In this document: positions 44,172 through 53,967 of the stretch, piece by piece
Layout: every line of letters begins with the position of its first letter
How positions within the stretch are numbered: position 1 is the first letter of the stretch
Source of the DNA: Candidatus Eiseniibacteriota bacterium
GTDB taxonomy: Bacteria; Joyebacterota; Joyebacteria; Joyebacterales; Joyebacteraceae
Direction: 5' to 3'
NCBI GenBank assembly: GCA_043819135.1
Contig: JBDRFG010000106.1
Span: forward strand, 67,612 to 131,611
Length of the DNA stretch: 64,000 nt
Program-made: the position numbers and the translations under genes
Notes under the pieces: model-generated
Told to the model about the DNA's origin: nothing
Databases searched by the model: none
The model's input: only the letters and a program-made list of their open reading frames with translations

Positions 44172-47100
44172 ATGATTCGTCGAACGATAAGGCCTGTGGT
44201 CACCATCGTGCTGGTGCTTGGACTTGCCGCTCCGGTGGCGTGGTCCGCGCATCTCGACCACACGGTCAGCTTCGACGAAAGTGACCTCGTGGTTACCGAG
44301 CGGGATGGCTATGACGTCATCACGCTACGCGGCTGCGACCTGACGCGGGACATCGGCCTCCCTCAGCTTCCTGTGCTCCCGCTGACGCTTGCGCTCCCGA
44401 CGGGAGCCCGCGTCGTCGGAATCGAGATACTCGAGGCCGAGAGCAGCGAGCGTGTGGTCAAGCTACGCCCGATGCCTGGACAACATCCCCGCATCCTGCC
44501 CGTACCAGGATTGGACATCCCGTTCCATCCGTTCGTCGAGGCGGACCCGTCGGTCTACGGCGGAAAGAGACCCTATCCGGCCTCCATCGCCGAGCTCCGC
44601 TCGGCCGGGCATCTCGGCGACGCCCGGCTGGTCGGCGTTGCGGTCCACCCGGTTCAGTTCCTCCCGAGCGTGGGCAAGCTGCGTTTCTTCGGCAGCATCT
44701 CGATTCGACTCCACCTCGATCTGGCGGAGCAGGACACCCCGAGGACCCACCTTCCGGACCAGAGCAAGGTCGTCCGGATCCTGTCCGGCAACAATGACGC
44801 GGGCCGGCTGACGGCGGACCGGCGGCGGCTGTCGGACACCAGGCTCCAGGCCGGAGACTTCGAGCATGTCGTCATACTGGGCAACACCGCATTCGAGGAG
44901 GCGTTCACGCCGCTCGCCGCCTGGAAGACCGCCAAGGGCGTGCCATCCACGATGGTGTCCGTCACCTGGATCACGGCGAACTACCCCGGCGACGACGACC
45001 CGGAACGCATAAGAAACTTCGTGGCGGACGCGCACAACACGTGGGGAAGCGTGTGGTTCCTGCTCGCCGGAGACACGAACTGGGTTCCGACGAGGCACGC
45101 ATACGCGATGACCTGCGAGGCCGGCGGCCACGCGGAAGAGGACAACATCGGCTGCGACATGTACTTCGCCGACCTCGACGGCACCTGGAACGCGGACGGC
45201 GACGAAATCTACGGTGAACTGGCCGACGACGTCGATCTCTACCCGGAGGTCTTCGTCGGCAGGGCGCCCATCAGGACGATCGACGATGCCTCGGCTTTCG
45301 TAGAGAAGGTCGTGAATTACGAGCACGCGCAGTTCGACGATTTCCAGCTGGACATGCTGATGGCCGCCGAGGTGTTGTGGACCGACCCCTTCACCGATTC
45401 GGGGATCGCGCTCGATCGGATAGACCGGGAGCACGTCCCGCCGCGCTACGACCCCATAACGAAGCTGTACGAGACGCTCGGTAACGAGACGGGGGAGAGC
45501 GTCAAGCAGGCACTCAACAGCGGCCCCGGCCACTTCCTTCACAGCGGACACGCGTGGTACACGGTCATGGGCTGTGGAGGCGGCGACCTGTACCGCTGGG
45601 ACGTCGTCGAGCTGGCCAACGGCCACAGGCAGCCGCTCGTCTATTCCATAGGCTGCTGGCCGGCCGCTTTCGACCTGCCGGAGGACTGCATAGCGGAGCG
45701 CTTCCTTCAGAACCCAGGCGGCGGAGCCGTGGCGTTCATAGGGAACAGCAGGTACGGGTGGGCCTCTCCGGGCAACCCGGGCTACGGCTACTCGGAGAGA
45801 TTCATGCAGGAATTCTACCGCGTGCTTTTCGTCGAGCGGATCACGTCGGCCGGGGCGGCGCTCGCCGCTGCCAAGGCCGCCTTCGTTCCGTTCTCTCAGG
45901 CCGAGAACGTCTACCGCTGGCATCAGTATCAGCTCAATCTGCTCGGAGACCCGGAGATGCCGGTGTGGACGGCCGCGCCGACCCCGCTCGCGGTGGTGCA
46001 CCCCGACTCCGTGACCCCCGGACCGTCCGTCCTCGGCGTCTCCGTCAGGACCTCGGGGGGACCGCTCGAGGGGGCGCTGGTCTGCGCGAGCAACGGAAGT
46101 GACGTCTACGAGAGAGGCATCACATCGTCCGACGGCTCGGTGTCCCTGTCGGTCGACACCGTTCTGCCCGACAGCCTCACCATTACGGTCACAGCCGATG
46201 AACGCCTCCCGTACCAGAGCCGTATCCCGGTGGTGTTCTCGGGAGCGTTCATGCGGGCCGTCGGGGTCGAGGTGAACGACGCGGGAGCGAGCAACCGGGA
46301 CGGCGTCGCGGGCCCGGGCGAAACGGTCGACGTCTCCGTCGAGCTCCGGAACTTCGGCACCGACGAGGCGCCCGCGGTCGAAGCCACTCTCTACGCTACC
46401 GACGCCATGGTCGGCGTCCTCGCGGACCAGTCCTACTACGGAGACGTGCCCGGCGGAGCGGTCGCAGCGGGAACGTCTTCCTACGTGGTCACGATATCAC
46501 CGGACTGTCCGAACGGCCACGTGGCGGTTCTCGATGTCATCATCACATCGGGTGGCACGGGGGCGACCTGGACCGGCAGCGTCGCCTTCACCGTCGGAGC
46601 ACCCGTGCTTCAGACGGTGTCCTACTCCTTCGACGACACGTGGGGCGGAGACGGCGACGGCACCGCCGAACCCGGCGAGAGTGTGAGGCTCCTGGTCGAG
46701 GTCAGGAACTCGGGGCTTGCCGACGCGCTGTCCCCGTCGTTCACGCTGTCGACGGACGACACGCCCGTAGATGTCACATCGCCGATCGCGGCTCTCCCTG
46801 AGATCCCGTCCGACGACTCGGGCAGCCTCGTCTTCGAACTGCTCGTCTCTTCGGAGTGTCCCGTGCCCGCGTTCCCCCTTCTCGTGCTTGATGCGGTCAC
46901 CTCCGACGGCCTCTGTTTGTCGGACACGCTCCGCGTGACGGTGGGAAGCTCCGGATCCTACTACGATTTCGAATCGGGGCCCTCGGAGTGGACGCAAGGT
47001 GGCCCTTCCAACATCTGGGCACTCACGGACCACCGGACACACTCGGGAACCGCCAGCTGGTACGCCGGGACTCAGGGCGTGTGGCAGTACCCGGACAACG

Positions 47101-47750
47101 CGGACGCCTGGCTCGACTCGCCCGAGTTCGTGAGGGGAGCGGGCGCCGAGCTGTCGTTCTGGTGCTGGTACGAGTTTCCCATCTACCACGAAGACGGGTT
47201 CTACGTGGAGGTCCTGTCGTCCGGAGTCGCCATCGACACGCTCGACTTCATAGGCAGCGGCGGAGCTCTCGACATGCTGGGCTCGGTGGGCAACGACTGG
47301 CTCGAATACCGCTACCGGCTCCCTGGGACCGTCGGCGACACGCTCCATATCAGGTTCAGACTCACGACCGATGACGCGGAGGTGGCCGAGGGAGTGTACG
47401 TCGACGACGTCTCCGTCGTCATGGCCGACGCGCCGGCGGGAACGGGCGTCGAGGGCGCGCAGGACGAGGGGCCCATGCTCTTCCTCCACCAGAACCACCC
47501 GAATCCGTTTAGCCCCTCCACGCTGATCAGCTTCTCGTTGCTGACGGCGGGGAACGTGGAACTCACGCTGTACAACATCCAGGGCCGACTGATCCGAACC
47601 CTGGCGGAGGAGACACGCCAGGCAGGAGAATACGAGGTTGCGTGGGACGGCACCGACGAGTTCGGCGTCGACGTCGCGGCAGGCATGTACCTGTACAGAC
47701 TTCGCCTGGGCGAGCAGGAAGAAACACGCAAGATGATCCTCGTGCGCTAG
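44172..47750 (+). CDS. secreted peptidase C25 (gingipain-like) family protein with T9SS C-terminal sorting domain
   Basis: Signal peptide. C25-like core with candidate catalytic His (LHSGHAWYTV) and Cys (YSIGCWPAAFD) and a caspase-like fold signature. Ig/CARDB-like middle repeats. C-terminal HQNHPNPFSPSTLISFSL...LTLYNIQGRLIRTL...MYLYRLRL is typical of the type A T9SS CTD (Por_Secre_tail). Confidence 0.75.
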   Translation: MIRRTIRPVVTIVLVLGLAAPVAWSAHLDHTVSFDESDLVVTERDGYDVITLRGCDLTRDIGLPQLPVLPLTLALPTGARVVGIEILEAESSERVVKLRPMPGQHPRILPVPGLDIPFHPFVEADPSVYGGKRPYPASIAELRSAGHLGDARLVGVAVHPVQFLPSVGKLRFFGSISIRLHLDLAEQDTPRTHLPDQSKVVRILSGNNDAGRLTADRRRLSDTRLQAGDFEHVVILGNTAFEEAFTPLAAWKTAKGVPSTMVSVTWITANYPGDDDPERIRNFVADAHNTWGSVWFLLAGDTNWVPTRHAYAMTCEAGGHAEEDNIGCDMYFADLDGTWNADGDEIYGELADDVDLYPEVFVGRAPIRTIDDASAFVEKVVNYEHAQFDDFQLDMLMAAEVLWTDPFTDSGIALDRIDREHVPPRYDPITKLYETLGNETGESVKQALNSGPGHFLHSGHAWYTVMGCGGGDLYRWDVVELANGHRQPLVYSIGCWPAAFDLPEDCIAERFLQNPGGGAVAFIGNSRYGWASPGNPGYGYSERFMQEFYRVLFVERITSAGAALAAAKAAFVPFSQAENVYRWHQYQLNLLGDPEMPVWTAAPTPLAVVHPDSVTPGPSVLGVSVRTSGGPLEGALVCASNGSDVYERGITSSDGSVSLSVDTVLPDSLTITVTADERLPYQSRIPVVFSGAFMRAVGVEVNDAGASNRDGVAGPGETVDVSVELRNFGTDEAPAVEATLYATDAMVGVLADQSYYGDVPGGAVAAGTSSYVVTISPDCPNGHVAVLDVIITSGGTGATWTGSVAFTVGAPVLQTVSYSFDDTWGGDGDGTAEPGESVRLLVEVRNSGLADALSPSFTLSTDDTPVDVTSPIAALPEIPSDDSGSLVFELLVSSECPVPAFPLLVLDAVTSDGLCLSDTLRVTVGSSGSYYDFESGPSEWTQGGPSNIWALTDHRTHSGTASWYAGTQGVWQYPDNADAWLDSPEFVRGAGAELSFWCWYEFPIYHEDGFYVEVLSSGVAIDTLDFIGSGGALDMLGSVGNDWLEYRYRLPGTVGDTLHIRFRLTTDDAEVAEGVYVDDVSVVMADAPAGTGVEGAQDEGPMLFLHQNHPNPFSPSTLISFSLLTAGNVELTLYNIQGRLIRTLAEETRQAGEYEVAWDGTDEFGVDVAAGMYLYRLRLGEQEETRKMILVR

Positions 47751-47825
47751 CTCAAGCGGCGGTGCTGGACCCACGGCGGATGTCCCTGTCACCGGACGCG
47801 CCGGGAACCAGGGTCGGGAGAACGC

Positions 47826-48110
47826 GTGAACGTCCTTCAGGAAGCCCGGCCGGTTGAGATCAGGATGGACGAGGAAAGCCGTCGACTTGCAAGTGTGTCT
47901 GTCTCTACACTTCTCTACATGATCGACTACGGACTGGCGAAGGAGAGAGATCTGGGACGCCACGAGATCAACCTCGGTTATCTCGCGGACGATGAGTGTG
48001 ACCTGCTTGAAGCCCTGAGGCTGTCGGAGCGTCTAAGGAGAGTAGCAACGAACATTCGGCGGACCGGCAGAACCAACGAGAGGATCCGCGCCGAACTAGT
48101 CCGAAGATGA
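47826..48110 (+). CDS. hypothetical small protein (94 aa), weakly supported
   Basis: Only plausible ORF in the 420-bp gap. GTG start with GGGAGA upstream. No recognisable motif. Confidence 0.25.
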   Translation: MNVLQEARPVEIRMDEESRRLASVSVSTLLYMIDYGLAKERDLGRHEINLGYLADDECDLLEALRLSERLRRVATNIRRTGRTNERIRAELVRR

Positions 48111-48170
48111 TCCGGACGCCAGAACGGACGGATGCGCTGATCTATTCTCTCTTTACAACGGACGAGAAGA

Positions 48171-49196
48171 ATGCTAAGAGTGGCTCTGATGAAGGGCGAC
48201 GTGACAAGAACGACAGCGCGGGAAACCCGCCGCCGCTCGGTCGGGTGTATCCTGGCCGTGTCTCTCGTGCTGACCGTAGCCAATGGCGGCAGTGCCCACG
48301 CGGCGAACAAGTACGCCGGAGAGTTCCTGACTCATGGGGTCGGGGCCCGAGCGCTTGGCATGGGCAGCGCTTTTGTCGCGGTTGCTGATGATGTCACGGC
48401 AGGATACTGGAACCCCGCCGGCGTCGCGGACGCCCAAGCGCGCTCGGTGCAGCTGATGCACTCGGAGACGTTCGGAGACGTGGTCAACTACGACACCGGC
48501 GCGTACGTTCACCCTCTGTCGAGCGACGCGGCACTCGCGGTGACGTTCGTCAGGCTGGCCGTGGATGACATCCCGTTCACGGACTTCGAGTCGGACGAGG
48601 AGAGGATCTACTACGACGCGTCCCGTATCACCTGGGAGAGCGACTCGGAGGAGGCCGCACTCGTCACCTACGCGCGCAGGACTTCTGAGCGGCTGCGCCT
48701 GGGCGGGAACCTCAAGCTGATCAGGAAGATCATCGGCAACTACTCCTGCTACGGATTAGGGTTCGATCTTGGAGCCAAGTACGACGTGACGCCGAGTACT
48801 ACGCTCGGCGTGAACGTCCAGGATGCGACCACGACCTACCTGGTCTGGGACACCCGGGAGCGAGAGCGCATCATGCCCACCGTGAAGGTGGGAGTGGCCT
48901 ATTCTCGACCCGTGTTGTCGATGGACGGCGTCGTGACCGCGGCGGCGGATGTCGACGTGAGGTTCGAGAACAGGCTTCTGGCAGATGAGTATCACGTGGG
49001 TTCTATCTCGGCGGACACTCACTACGGCGTCGAGTTCGTCTACAGGAAGATGGTAGGCGTCAGGGCGGGGCTGGCGATGGGTCAGCTGACCGCCGGTGCG
49101 GGGCTCAGCCTCGCAGGATTCACGGTCGATTACGCGTTTGGAAAGCATCAGTATCTGGACTCGAGTCACCGGGTGTCGGCTTCCTACGGATTCTGA
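48171..49196 (+). CDS. PorV/PorQ-family outer-membrane beta-barrel protein (T9SS-associated, FadL-like)
   Basis: Signal peptide ...ILAVSLVLTVANGGSAHA. The family-typical N-terminal motif GVGARALGMGSAFVAVADDVTAGYWNPAGVA. C-terminal aromatic SASYGF. Confidence 0.65.
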   Translation: MLRVALMKGDVTRTTARETRRRSVGCILAVSLVLTVANGGSAHAANKYAGEFLTHGVGARALGMGSAFVAVADDVTAGYWNPAGVADAQARSVQLMHSETFGDVVNYDTGAYVHPLSSDAALAVTFVRLAVDDIPFTDFESDEERIYYDASRITWESDSEEAALVTYARRTSERLRLGGNLKLIRKIIGNYSCYGLGFDLGAKYDVTPSTTLGVNVQDATTTYLVWDTRERERIMPTVKVGVAYSRPVLSMDGVVTAAADVDVRFENRLLADEYHVGSISADTHYGVEFVYRKMVGVRAGLAMGQLTAGAGLSLAGFTVDYAFGKHQYLDSSHRVSASYGF

Positions 49197-49296
49197 CACC
49201 CCCCCGGAGTCTCTGGCCAGCCGAATGTGAGCAGGGAAAGGGAGCACGACCGGATCCCGTTCAGTCAATGCCCTCCCGCGAAAGGAGACGCTACAG

Positions 49297-50679
49297 ATGA
49301 GGAAAGCCCATGTGAGGCGGTACATGATGATTCCGGCCGCCGTTCTAGCAGCGCTCGGGCTCGTGTTGTGGACCGGGTGCGGCAAGGACCTGATGTCACC
49401 GGACGACCAGCCACCATCGGGATCCACGATCACTAACCCTGTCGACGCGACGAGCCTGAACAAGAGCGTGATCAACGTCCGGGGACGGGCCGAGGTCGGT
49501 GCGACGATCGACGTGTTCGTCAACGATGACCTCAAGGGCACCGGCGGCGCCTCGCCGGCGGTGCCGAACGACGGACTCGGCGGCCGATACACCGTGGAGA
49601 GCGTCGACCTGGGCCTCGAGGGCGTGAAGGTCCTTCGGGCCAGGATCACGGACCTCTACGGCAATGTGGCTACCTCCCTGGAGACGCCGGTCATAACGAT
49701 TACTCTCGACCAGACCGCTCCGCCGGTCGCGCTCGAGGGCGTCGAGGGCGCCACGTGGGTGGACACTCTGGGTTTCTGGGGTGTCGGCTTCTGGGAGACC
49801 GGCCTGCCCGTGATAATCGTCTCGGGAAGCACGGATTCGACCGCCGCGGGCGCGAGGCTCCGCGTCGGCCTCAACGAGCACGCCGCCAGCGAACTCGTGG
49901 CGGACCCCGGAAGCAGCGCGGTCAACTTCACGATCGATGTCCCGTCCCCGCCGCTGGCGGGAGGGCACGCGGACACTCTCATAACGTACTTTCTCGAGGC
50001 ATTCGACGCAGCGGGCAACGTCACCGCAGAGCCGCTCCTCGTACACTGGGAGGTCGAGGGCAGGGAGCTGGAACTCTCTCACGACGACGGGATCTACAAC
50101 AGCTTTGACCACACCGTCAGCGGCACCGCCGGCGACGAGATAGCCGTGCGATTCCAGGCGCCAACCTGGGCGAACTACGTCACCAAGTTCATCTTCTACT
50201 CCGCGAACGACCAGCAGGATAATCCGATAGACCCGCAGTTGCCCACAACGTGGCCGTTCACCGCGTGGGTCTGGCACTGCAACTTGAGTGACATGCCAGG
50301 CAACAAAGGGAACGACGGCTACATGCCCTTCACGGAGCCTTACTCTTATCCGGAGGACGCGTGGGTCGAGATCACATTCCCGACCGCGGAAGATATCTCC
50401 GACAACGCGCACTACCCGGACAAGAAATTCTTCGTCGGTCTCGAGTGGGAGCACAGGCTGAGTCCTCACATCTACGAGGATCACTCGGACCCCCTCGACT
50501 ACTGTAGCTTCCTCAAGATCTATTTCGCCAACGTCTGGGATCTTCGTACCCAGGCCGACACGATGATCCGTGCGGTCGTCTCGGACGTGCCCACACTCGG
50601 CGAGGGCAGAGAGGCGGTCCTCATCCCCGTGCGCGTCAAGCGCCAGGGTCCGCGCGCGTTGAGCGCTGGAGACAGATAG
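49297..50679 (+). CDS. lipoprotein with Ig-like/Big-type beta domains, function unknown
   Basis: Lipobox LVLWTG-C. AAAGGAGA RBS. Beta-rich repeats. Confidence 0.55.
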   Translation: MRKAHVRRYMMIPAAVLAALGLVLWTGCGKDLMSPDDQPPSGSTITNPVDATSLNKSVINVRGRAEVGATIDVFVNDDLKGTGGASPAVPNDGLGGRYTVESVDLGLEGVKVLRARITDLYGNVATSLETPVITITLDQTAPPVALEGVEGATWVDTLGFWGVGFWETGLPVIIVSGSTDSTAAGARLRVGLNEHAASELVADPGSSAVNFTIDVPSPPLAGGHADTLITYFLEAFDAAGNVTAEPLLVHWEVEGRELELSHDDGIYNSFDHTVSGTAGDEIAVRFQAPTWANYVTKFIFYSANDQQDNPIDPQLPTTWPFTAWVWHCNLSDMPGNKGNDGYMPFTEPYSYPEDAWVEITFPTAEDISDNAHYPDKKFFVGLEWEHRLSPHIYEDHSDPLDYCSFLKIYFANVWDLRTQADTMIRAVVSDVPTLGEGREAVLIPVRVKRQGPRALSAGDR

Positions 50680-50868
50680 CACGCTCTCAGGAACGCGAAG
50701 AGAAGAAGCCCCGGCTCGGTTCGAGCCGGGGCTTCCCTTCGTGTGTGTTCGTGCGCGCGTTCACGTTCGCGTCTGTGCTTGTGGGTGTGTTCGTTCGTGC
50801 GCTCGCGCACCCCGGCGTGCGCCCCGCACGCGCTCTCGCGGGATCGCCGCAGCTGCTATCGAGACGTC

Positions 50869-52422
50869 CTACATGTTGCGTATGGTGATGACGTCGCCCG
50901 GGTAGATCCTGGAGTGCCAGGCCAACCCATTCCAGCGCAGCACGTCCCTCGTGCTCTTGCTGTGCCTCCGCGCTATCGACGAGACGGTATCTCCGCGGCG
51001 AACGCGGTAGTTGACAGTCGGGGAGAGGTCGGCGTGCTCCGACAGGTTGTCGGCTCCGGGGCCTATCGGAATCACGATGTAGCTCCCGGAACGGATGCTG
51101 TGTGGGTTTCCTATTTCGTTGACCGACGTTATCGCTGAAATGCTCGTGCCGTAGGCCTTCGCGATACCGGAGAGGGTCTCCCCCCGCGAAACGCGATGCC
51201 TCTGCCAGGTGACCCGGTCCTCCGGCGGGATCGCCTCGATCGCGGAGAGGCACTGCCTCCCGCTGCCGGTCGGGACCCTCACCGTAGCGCAGGATCTGCT
51301 CGGCGGCGTGCACCAGCGACGCAGCGCTGGATTGAGTCTCTTGATGTCATCGTAGCTCGTCCCGGTGGCGTCGGCGATGACCTGCAGATCGACAGCATCG
51401 GTGATCTCGATCGTGTCGTAGGAAAGCGCCTCGCCGCTCGTCGGGATGGCAAACCCGTACTCGGATGGATTCGCTCCAATCATGACCACGGCCATGAATT
51501 TCGGCACGAAATTCTCCGTCTCCCTCGGAAGATCCAGACACCAGTAGTCAGGGCACGAGGGGCTTTTCCTCCGTGCGCGCTCGACGCGCCCTTCCCCAGA
51601 GTTGTATCCGGCCAGTGACAACTCCCACGTGCCGAACCTCTCATACAACTCTTTGAGATAGGTGCACGCGGCACGCGTCGCCTTCTCCGGATCGCGTCGT
51701 TCGTCGATCCACCAGTCGACCCTGAGTCCATACATCCTGGCGCGGCTCGAGATGAACTGCCACATGCCGGCGGCGTGCGCCTTCGAGTAGGCGTTGGGAT
51801 TCAGGCCGCTCTCTATGACCGCAAGATAGAATAGCTCCGGGGGAAGACCCTCTTCTTCGAGGATCCGGTCTATCATCGGACGGTACCGAGGGAAGCGCGT
51901 CAACCAGCGCTCCATGTCCTTGCGTCCCCTGCCCTGGAAGTAGTCCAGCCACTTCTGAACGCGGTCGTTCGTCACCGTGACGACCGGAGCGCCGCAGCCC
52001 GACCTCGGCTCCGTCGGTTCCAGGACCGCGAGTGGTATGGTATCGATTCGCGCCGTCTCCGTCAGCATCGTCGGCGCGGAGTCGCCCCCTCGGCCGTCGA
52101 CCGCCGCCAGGAAGTACTCCACGCGCGACTTAAGCGAGGATTTCTCTGACCGGAGTTCCGCGTTTTCGGGGTGGGCGTCACCGAGTTCGGCCAGGGCCTG
52201 CCTGAGGAGCGGCCGTGCCTCGTCAAGGGCGTCCGTCACGTAGTGGGCGAGGGCCTCTCTGTAGAGAAGGTCAGCCGCCGCGATCGACTCGGCGGCTGAG
52301 GCGCCGTCCTGAGCGAGCGTCCTCACCTCGTCGCCGGACGAGGGCGACAGCCGCGAGGTCGCGGAGCAACCCGCCACCAGAACAACGGCGAACGACGCTA
52401 GGGCAACTCGAAAGAGCTTCAT
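50869..52422 (-). CDS. mltD: membrane-bound lytic murein transglycosylase D-like (SLT domain + LysM repeats) lipoprotein
   Basis: SLT catalytic motif ...ESGLNPNAYSKAHAAGMWQF.... Two or three C-terminal LysM repeats (YRVRRGDTVSSIARRH..., HRVSRGETLSGIAKAYG...). Lipobox VLVAG-C. Start set at the internal ATG at 52422 so that the promoter at 52494 is not overlapped. Confidence 0.8.
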   Translation of the reverse strand: MKLFRVALASFAVVLVAGCSATSRLSPSSGDEVRTLAQDGASAAESIAAADLLYREALAHYVTDALDEARPLLRQALAELGDAHPENAELRSEKSSLKSRVEYFLAAVDGRGGDSAPTMLTETARIDTIPLAVLEPTEPRSGCGAPVVTVTNDRVQKWLDYFQGRGRKDMERWLTRFPRYRPMIDRILEEEGLPPELFYLAVIESGLNPNAYSKAHAAGMWQFISSRARMYGLRVDWWIDERRDPEKATRAACTYLKELYERFGTWELSLAGYNSGEGRVERARRKSPSCPDYWCLDLPRETENFVPKFMAVVMIGANPSEYGFAIPTSGEALSYDTIEITDAVDLQVIADATGTSYDDIKRLNPALRRWCTPPSRSCATVRVPTGSGRQCLSAIEAIPPEDRVTWQRHRVSRGETLSGIAKAYGTSISAITSVNEIGNPHSIRSGSYIVIPIGPGADNLSEHADLSPTVNYRVRRGDTVSSIARRHSKSTRDVLRWNGLAWHSRIYPGDVITIRNM

Positions 52423-52493
52423 GAGCGGCGAGACTAGCGTCTGGACACGAGCCGTTGCAAGCAAAAACGCGCCGGCGCCGCGCGGGGCCCTCA

Positions 52494-52522
52494 TTGACTG
52501 TACCTTGACCATTGTGTATAAT
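52494..52522 (+). promoter_or_regulatory. near-consensus sigma70 promoter (TTGACT-N17-TATAAT) for the GGDEF gene
   Basis: TTGACT 52494-52499, exact 17-nt spacer, TATAAT 52517-52522. Implies a transcription start near 52529, i.e. downstream of the first ATG of the track ORF. Confidence 0.55.
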
Positions 52523-52587
52523 GGGTGAAAGAATCGTGCCGGTCAAGATGTGTGACGTCATCAGAAATAGTGCAGTCCTCAACAACT

Positions 52588-53967
52588 ATGAGAGAGCACA
52601 CTCCTTCCTCCACGGAGCTGCTGACAAGGCTCCTGCCTATCGACCGCCTTGACGAGGACGGCATGGCTCTGTACAGGAGCGTCGTCTCCGCGTCGGACGA
52701 GCGGGCGTTTCGCGCCGGCGCTGTTCGCCTCATGGACAGACTCTGCGAGTTGGGCTACATGCGGAGGCTCTCCCGGGCGGAGTCCGACGGCACCGTTCAG
52801 CTAAGGTACCGGAACCTCCTGACGCTCGACACCGTTTCGATCTCACTCGACCGGCCCGAACCGCAGCAGGCGTCGCAGCCGGTATCGGTGGCAGACCAGT
52901 CCCTGGCGGAGGCCGGCGCGACGCCGACGGAGCGCAACGAGCCGTCGGGCGCACGGGTGGAGCGGCCCCGGGCGGCGATGTCCCTGTCGTTCCTGCGCGC
53001 CGTGGCGGCGGCGAGCCGCCGCACGGATCTCGCCGGAGCTCTGGGCTACCTGTACGACATCTTGAAGGACGCGGTGGGAGCGGACCGCGTGGCGCTGGCG
53101 ATGTCCAAGGGGCTGGTGAACTCCCAGGCGGCGAACCTGACTGAGTTCGGGGACGTCTGCGAACACGACGAGGAGGACCAGGTCGCGCCCCCGCATGTCA
53201 GAGATAAGGTCGAGGCCACAGGCGACGTGATCTCGATCGACGACATCCGGAGGGACTCCCGGCGCTTTCCCGGTCAAACGACCGGCTCGGTCGCGGTGGC
53301 GCCGCTCAAGGCGGAGGCCTATGTCTACGGCACAATGGCGATCTCGAGCGCCAGGAGCCACGCGTTCGACGCCAACTCGGTGGCCGTTCTGCAGTTCATC
53401 GCCGAGTTCGCCGCGGGACTCATCAAGAGGCGACTCGAGGTCGAGGAACTCATATTCGTCGACCAGACCTGCCAGATCCACAACCGCCGCTACTTCGACG
53501 AGCAGATCGCGCGAGAGATCGAGCGCTCCAAGCGAACTGGGAACGCCGTGGCTCTTCTCATAGGTGACCTGGACGACTTCAAGCGCGTGAACGACACGCT
53601 CGGGCACGCCGCCGGCGACAGCGTACTGAGACAGGTGGGGAAGATACTGTCGGAGAACGCCAGGCAGGTGGACATCGTGGCAAGATACGGGGGAGAGGAG
53701 TTCGGCGTGATACTGCCGGACATCTCACGCGAGAGCGCCCTTGCCGTCGCCGAGCGTATCCGGAGCACGATCGCGATGCACGGATTCATCACGGGTTCTG
53801 AGCAGCAGCCAACCTGGGACCTGACCATAAGCATCGGCGGGGCACTGTACCCGCTCGATGCCTCTTCGAAGATCGACCTCATGGACAAGGCAGACCGCAT
53901 CGCCCTCTATCAGGCAAAACGCCTCGGAAAGAACAGGGTCATCATGTACCGGGACACGCAGAGTTGA
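52588..53967 (+). CDS. GAF-domain diguanylate cyclase (GGDEF; active-site GGEEF, I-site RxxD present)
   Basis: Central GAF-like region. C-terminal RYFDEQ...LLIGDLDDFKRVND...RYGGEEFGVILP. Start uncertain: 52588 is the first ATG after the predicted TSS; 52660 is an alternative with a GAGGA RBS. Confidence 0.75.
   Translation: MREHTPSSTELLTRLLPIDRLDEDGMALYRSVVSASDERAFRAGAVRLMDRLCELGYMRRLSRAESDGTVQLRYRNLLTLDTVSISLDRPEPQQASQPVSVADQSLAEAGATPTERNEPSGARVERPRAAMSLSFLRAVAAASRRTDLAGALGYLYDILKDAVGADRVALAMSKGLVNSQAANLTEFGDVCEHDEEDQVAPPHVRDKVEATGDVISIDDIRRDSRRFPGQTTGSVAVAPLKAEAYVYGTMAISSARSHAFDANSVAVLQFIAEFAAGLIKRRLEVEELIFVDQTCQIHNRRYFDEQIAREIERSKRTGNAVALLIGDLDDFKRVNDTLGHAAGDSVLRQVGKILSENARQVDIVARYGGEEFGVILPDISRESALAVAERIRSTIAMHGFITGSEQQPTWDLTISIGGALYPLDASSKIDLMDKADRIALYQAKRLGKNRVIMYRDTQS

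Noticed and set aside
44463-46001. 512-aa and 488-aa (46497-47963) minus-strand ORFs antisense to the C25 peptidase gene
   Set aside because: High-GC antisense artefacts with no motifs. The + strand gene has a signal peptide, catalytic dyad and T9SS CTD.
52423-52512. Longer N-terminus (start 52512) for the mltD-like gene
   Set aside because: It would overlap the near-consensus + strand promoter at 52494-52522. The lipoprotein signal peptide begins at the internal Met (52422). Kept as a lower-probability alternative.
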